A stretch of DNA of 64,000 bases from an uncultured Dehalococcoidia bacterium (GTDB lineage Bacteria > Chloroflexota > Dehalococcoidia > Lucifugimonadales > UBA3495): NCBI GenBank assembly GCA_964502995.1, contig CAZCZB010000001.1, positions 45,854 to 109,853 on the forward strand, in the 5' to 3' direction. The notes beneath the pieces are model-generated. The model was given only the letters and a program-made list of their open reading frames with translations. It was not told where the DNA came from and searched no databases. The position numbers and the translations under genes were made by a program. Within the stretch, counting starts at the first letter, position 1. The number at the start of each line of letters is the position of its first letter. Shown in pieces: positions 59,812 to 64,000 of the stretch.

Positions 59812-60912
59812 ATGCGACTCGACCCCATCAATCTTTACGACTACGAAGAGCGCGCCAGGCTGGCGCTTCCCCACGACGACTGGGACACCATTGACGCCGG
59901 GGCAATGGACATGTTCACCACCCGCCGCAACCGGGCGGCTTTTGAGGAACTTACCCTGCGCCCCAGGTTCCTGCGCGACATCACGGACCGGGACCTTTCG
60001 ACCACCATGCTGGGCAATGAACTCAGCATGCCGGTGTTCGTCTGCCCGGCGGGATCCCATCACCGCGCCCATCCCGAAGGAGAGGTTGCCACCGCGCGCG
60101 GCGCGAGCATGTCGAATACCCTGATGATGCTCAGCACCGGTTCCAACTGCAGCATGGAAGAAGTGGCCGAAGCTGCCACCAGCCCGCTGTTTTTCCAGCT
60201 ATACCACCGGGGTTACGACCTGACCGAAATGCTGGTACGCCGCGCCGAGGAGGCCGGGTTCAAGGCCATCACCCTCACGGTGGACACCCCAACTCCCAGT
60301 CCCAAGGAGCGCGACCTGCGCAACCGGTACAACCGGAACTTCGAGCAGGGCAACTTCCGGGGCGTCAACAAGCCGGAGAATGTTCTTCGGGGCACCGACG
60401 AGTCCGTCGGTTGGGACGTCAACCGAACCGCTCCCCTCACCTGGGAGGAGCTTGAATGGCTCCGCAACCTGACCGGGCTGCCCCTGGTGCTCAAGGGAAT
60501 CCGCACCGCCGAGGACGCCCACATCGCCGCAGAGAGCGGTGTTGACGGCATCCTGGTATCCACCCACGGCGGACGCCAATTGGACATGACCATGGGCGCA
60601 ATCGAGATGCTGCCCGAGGTCGTCGATGCGGTGAAGGGCAACTGCGAAGTGTACGTTGACTCGGGAGTACGCCGCGGCAGCGATGTTGTCAAGGCGCTGG
60701 CCATGGGGGCGAGGGCCGTCGGCATCGGGCGTCCGCTCTACTGGGGACTGGCCGTCGACGGGGCCGAGGGAGTTCACGGTGTGCTGGAACTGCTCAGGGA
60801 AGAGATCGACCGGGCCATGGCCTACTGTGGGCAAACCTCCGTCCAGGACCTGGAGCCGAACCTGGTCAACATACCGCAGGGCTGGGGAGCGCCCCCGCAG
60901 CCTGACTTTTAG
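59812..60912 (+). CDS. FMN-dependent alpha-hydroxy-acid dehydrogenase/oxidase
   Basis: Start at ATG 59812 (RBS GGGAGG). LRPRFLRDI, FFQLY, TVDTPTPSPKERDLRN and ILVSTHGGRQLD. Confidence 0.85.
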   Translation: MRLDPINLYDYEERARLALPHDDWDTIDAGAMDMFTTRRNRAAFEELTLRPRFLRDITDRDLSTTMLGNELSMPVFVCPAGSHHRAHPEGEVATARGASMSNTLMMLSTGSNCSMEEVAEAATSPLFFQLYHRGYDLTEMLVRRAEEAGFKAITLTVDTPTPSPKERDLRNRYNRNFEQGNFRGVNKPENVLRGTDESVGWDVNRTAPLTWEELEWLRNLTGLPLVLKGIRTAEDAHIAAESGVDGILVSTHGGRQLDMTMGAIEMLPEVVDAVKGNCEVYVDSGVRRGSDVVKALAMGARAVGIGRPLYWGLAVDGAEGVHGVLELLREEIDRAMAYCGQTSVQDLEPNLVNIPQGWGAPPQPDF

Positions 60913-61186
60913 GATGGCGCCCGTAATGGCTGTGGTTCCGAGGAGTTGGTGAATCCCCGATCGCTGCAGGACAGTGAACCCACTTGCGGTGGCGGTGTCT
61001 ACCGCCCTGCGGTCGTATCGCTTTTCAAGCCGGGTTGATCGCCACCTTTGCAGGATGATCCTCGGTGCGGGTTGGGGATAACCGCCAAGGTCTGCGGTCA
61101 ATAGGGAAAGGCGCGCATCATCGTTCGGTTGCACGGGCGATGGGCGCGCCTTACGTCATAAATCTGCAACTACTGATGCCAGCGAG

Positions 61187-61612
61187 GTGAACAAAATGGC
61201 GGAATTGCAGCGGACAGCGATAACCAGCGATCAGGCTCCCCGACCTTTGGGCGCGTATTCAGTCGGAATGTCGGTGAACGCCGGCAGGTTGATATACGTA
61301 GCGGGACAGGTTGGCGTGGACATTTCGGGCTCCCTGGTGGGGCCCGGCGATGCAGCGGCCCAGACCCGCCAGGTGTTTGAGAACATAGGCAGCGTCCTGG
61401 CATCCGCCGGCGCAGGGTTCGACAACGTGGTGGAACTCACGACCTACGTTGTGGGGCGCGATTCGGTGCAAGGCTTCATCGACGGCCGCAACCAGGTATT
61501 CCCCGAGATTTTCCCCAATGGAGACTATCCTCCAAACACGCTGCTGGTGGTCAGCGGCCTGGTGAGGGAGGAGTTCCTGGTGGAAATAAAGGCGGTGGCC
61601 GCCCTGCGGTAA
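61187..61612 (+). CDS. ridA: RidA/YjgF-family enamine/imine deaminase
   Basis: 141 aa. APRPLGAYSVGMSVNAGRLIYVAGQVG...LVEIKAVA. Confidence 0.85.
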   Translation: MNKMAELQRTAITSDQAPRPLGAYSVGMSVNAGRLIYVAGQVGVDISGSLVGPGDAAAQTRQVFENIGSVLASAGAGFDNVVELTTYVVGRDSVQGFIDGRNQVFPEIFPNGDYPPNTLLVVSGLVREEFLVEIKAVAALR

Positions 61613-61773
61613 CGGTAACGGGTAACTTCCTGTCCCCCGCATGAGAATGGGCCGGGTGCATCGCCCCGGCCCAATCATTGCCGATCCTTCCACAGAGCCG
61701 TTCCTGCGACCGAGCCGTCCCTTCAGCAAAGGTTTCGCCGGCTGCGGAAATCGCGGGCCATATCGTCCAGCGG

Positions 61774-63153
61774 TTAGGCTGCTCCCAAATCTGCGGCCAC
61801 CTGACCGATGGCGCTGTCCATCGTGGCTATGATTTGCTCGACCTCGCCGGGCGTAACGCAGAGGGGAGGCATGATGTTCATCAGGTCTCCGCCACGGAGG
61901 AAAAGTCCGTCATCGGCGAATTTCTGGGTCAACCTTGGGCCCAGTCCGGCTTCCGCGGGGAAGTGTTCCTTCGTTTCCCGGTCCTTTACCAACTCCATCC
62001 CGCACATGAGGCCCAGGCCACGCACGTTGCCGATGATGGAATGTTTCCGCTTGAGATCTTCGAGGCCGTCCAACAGGTACCGACCCATCCGGGCCGAATT
62101 CTCCACCATTCCTTCCCGTTCCATGATTTCCAGGTTTTTGAGGGACGCGGCCGCGGCAACCGGGTGGCCGCCGAATGTGATCACGTGGCGGAATGCCGCT
62201 CTGGGGCTGCCCACAAACGCGTCGGCAATGGGCTTGCGCAGGATGGTTCCGCCCATGGGGATATAGCCGCTGGTGATGCCTTTCGCCACGGTCATCATGT
62301 CCGGCACAATTCCCCAATGGTCGCAGCCGAACCACTTGCCGGTGCGTCCGAAACCGGTAATCACCTCGTCGGCGATCAACAGGCAACCGTACTTGTCGCA
62401 GACCTCGCGGAGCAGGGGCCAGTAGTTGTCCGGCGGCACCACCGCTCCCATGGGGCTGGAGATGGGTTCGGCGATCACCGCCGCCACCGTGTCGGGCCCC
62501 TGGAACTGGATGATTTTCTCGATGGCGTCCACGGAACGCTGGCCACATTCCTCCGGCGTTTCGCTGTTGAACTCGCAGTGGTAGAAGTTGGGCTGCGGAG
62601 CGTGGAAGGTATTGGGCATCAGGGGCTCGTAGTCTTCGCGGGGATAGAGGTAATTGCCCCCCAACGCCATCGCGCCCATGGTCGCGCCGTGGTACGAGTC
62701 CCGGCGGCTGATGAACTTGGTGCGCTGGGGCTCGCCCATCCGCTTGAAATAGGCGCGGGACAGTTTCAACGCCGTTTCCACCGACTCGGAACCGCCGCTG
62801 GTGAAGAAGCAGCGGGAGAGATCACCGGGCATCATGGACGCGACTTTTTCCGAAAGCCGAATGGTGGGTTCGGTGGTGGTGCCCATGGGCATGTAGGTGA
62901 TCTTGAGCATCTGCTCGTAGGCTGCGTCCGCAATTTCGCTCTGACCGTAGCCTACGTTTTTCAGCCACAGTCCGGACATGGCGTCAATGTAGGTGTTGCC
63001 CTGGGAGTCGGTCACCTGGCAACCCTTGCCTTCCACAAAAATTTGCGGCTCCCCTTTCTCGGCCATATCGCTGGGTTCCCTCAGGTACACCCAGAGATTT
63101 TCCAGGGCGGTTCTCTGCAGGTCCTGGAGCATGGATTCGGATTGGGTAGCCAT
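61774..63153 (-). CDS. class III (omega) aminotransferase
   Basis: 459 aa. SYHGATMGAMALGG and ADEVITGFGRTGKWFGCDHWGIVPDMMTVAKG (PLP lysine). Confidence 0.9.
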   Translation of the reverse strand: MATQSESMLQDLQRTALENLWVYLREPSDMAEKGEPQIFVEGKGCQVTDSQGNTYIDAMSGLWLKNVGYGQSEIADAAYEQMLKITYMPMGTTTEPTIRLSEKVASMMPGDLSRCFFTSGGSESVETALKLSRAYFKRMGEPQRTKFISRRDSYHGATMGAMALGGNYLYPREDYEPLMPNTFHAPQPNFYHCEFNSETPEECGQRSVDAIEKIIQFQGPDTVAAVIAEPISSPMGAVVPPDNYWPLLREVCDKYGCLLIADEVITGFGRTGKWFGCDHWGIVPDMMTVAKGITSGYIPMGGTILRKPIADAFVGSPRAAFRHVITFGGHPVAAAASLKNLEIMEREGMVENSARMGRYLLDGLEDLKRKHSIIGNVRGLGLMCGMELVKDRETKEHFPAEAGLGPRLTQKFADDGLFLRGGDLMNIMPPLCVTPGEVEQIIATMDSAIGQVAADLGAA

Positions 63154-63448
63154 ACGTTCCTCCCGGTGTTGTTTGAGTCATCAGACTGTTTCGATGACTG
63201 CGCGGCAAGTCTAACACCGGAAACAGGCCGCCACAAACCGGAAAGGCAGCCTGGGGTCGAGTCTCTTTGCAATCCGGCGTCGCAGACTCGTCAATTCGCG
63301 ACGCTGGCCGGTCGCCGCTACGGATTGAAAGCAGGCCGGCGCCGTGCTACCGTGCCGGAATTGTAGAATTGAACCGCCGGATGTCGACGGCGCAGGTTCC
63401 CCCGGCGTCTGGCACACCCCGGCGTTCACAAGGAGTCCCACCGTGCGA

Positions 63449-64000
63449 ATGGATCCAATCAACCTTTACGACTACGAGGCCAGGGCCAGGCAGGTCCTGC
63501 CCCATAACTACTGGGAATTCATCGAAGCCGGCGCGATGGATGAGATCGCCACCGCCCGAAACCGCTCCGCCTTCGAGTCGCTGACCCTGCGTCCGCGATT
63601 CCTGCGGGATACCACGGAACGCAAGACCGCCACGACGGTTCTGGGCGCCGACATCAGCTTTCCGGTGATGATCTCTCCCACCGACGCTCACAGCAACGCC
63701 CATCCGGATGCGGAGTGCGCCACCGTCCGAGGCGCGGGAATGTCCAACACCCTGATGATGTGCAGCACCAACTCCAACTGCAGCATGGAAGAGATTGCCG
63801 AGGCCGCAACCGGCCCGCTCTGGTTCCAGCTTTCGCACCGCAGTTTTGAACTCACGGAGAACCTGGTCAAGCGCGCTGAGGCGGCCGGCTACGGCGCAAT
63901 CGTGCTGACCATCGACGCCCCGTTTCCCAGCCCGAAAGAACGGGACATTCGCAATCGCTACGAGCGTCCGGGCGAATACGGTAATTTCCGCGAGCAATTG
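63449..64000 (+). CDS. second FMN-dependent alpha-hydroxy-acid dehydrogenase paralog, partial (runs off window)
   Basis: Not in track (no stop in window). My translation: MDPINLYDYEARARQVLPHNYWEFIEAGAMDEIATARNRSAFESLTLRPRFLRD...LTIDAPFPSPKERDIRNRY. RBS AAGGAG. GTG 63443 is an alternative start. Confidence 0.8.
   Translation, partial: MDPINLYDYEARARQVLPHNYWEFIEAGAMDEIATARNRSAFESLTLRPRFLRDTTERKTATTVLGADISFPVMISPTDAHSNAHPDAECATVRGAGMSNTLMMCSTNSNCSMEEIAEAATGPLWFQLSHRSFELTENLVKRAEAAGYGAIVLTIDAPFPSPKERDIRNRYERPGEYGNFREQL

Overview
High-GC window. Positions 1 to ~53.7 kb are the early, replication, DNA-modification and lysogeny-control part of an integrated temperate-phage-like element. Almost all of its genes are on the minus strand. 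It ends on the right with a divergent cro-like/cI-like switch (48.2-49.3 kb), a four-gene plus-strand cargo block and a tyrosine integrase (52.4-53.6 kb). I see no capsid, tail or terminase genes, so the element must continue left of position 1. Positions ~54.2-64 kb look like ordinary host metabolism: two glycine/sarcosine-type methyltransferases, two family III CoA-transferases, two FMN-dependent hydroxy-acid dehydrogenase paralogs, RidA and a class III aminotransferase. The element carries three secondary insertions. The first is an AT-richer island with a single-chain type IIG-like restriction-modification gene and an IS4/IS5-type transposase (4.9-9.7 kb). The second is an 826-bp cassette with 24-bp terminal inverted repeats and an 8-bp duplication that carries a pentapeptide-repeat gene (10288-11113). 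The third is an IS607-type tnpA-tnpB element (12.3-14.3 kb). The most interesting signal is not protein-coding. Six complete type-I hammerhead ribozyme motifs lie between minus-strand ORFs (4.4-21.6 kb). In five of them the UGA of the catalytic core is the stop codon or frame end of the upstream ORF. Each is followed by a conserved leader (GCGGG...CCUACAC...CCCGC hairpin plus Shine-Dalgarno) for the next gene. Other notable items are an iteron/palindrome origin-like region between the helicase and primase genes, a C5-methyltransferase with eight tandem target-recognition-like repeats, a triplicated terminator-promoter module, and a clear operator set in the lysogeny switch. All calls come from reading the sequence and ORF track by eye; no searches were run.
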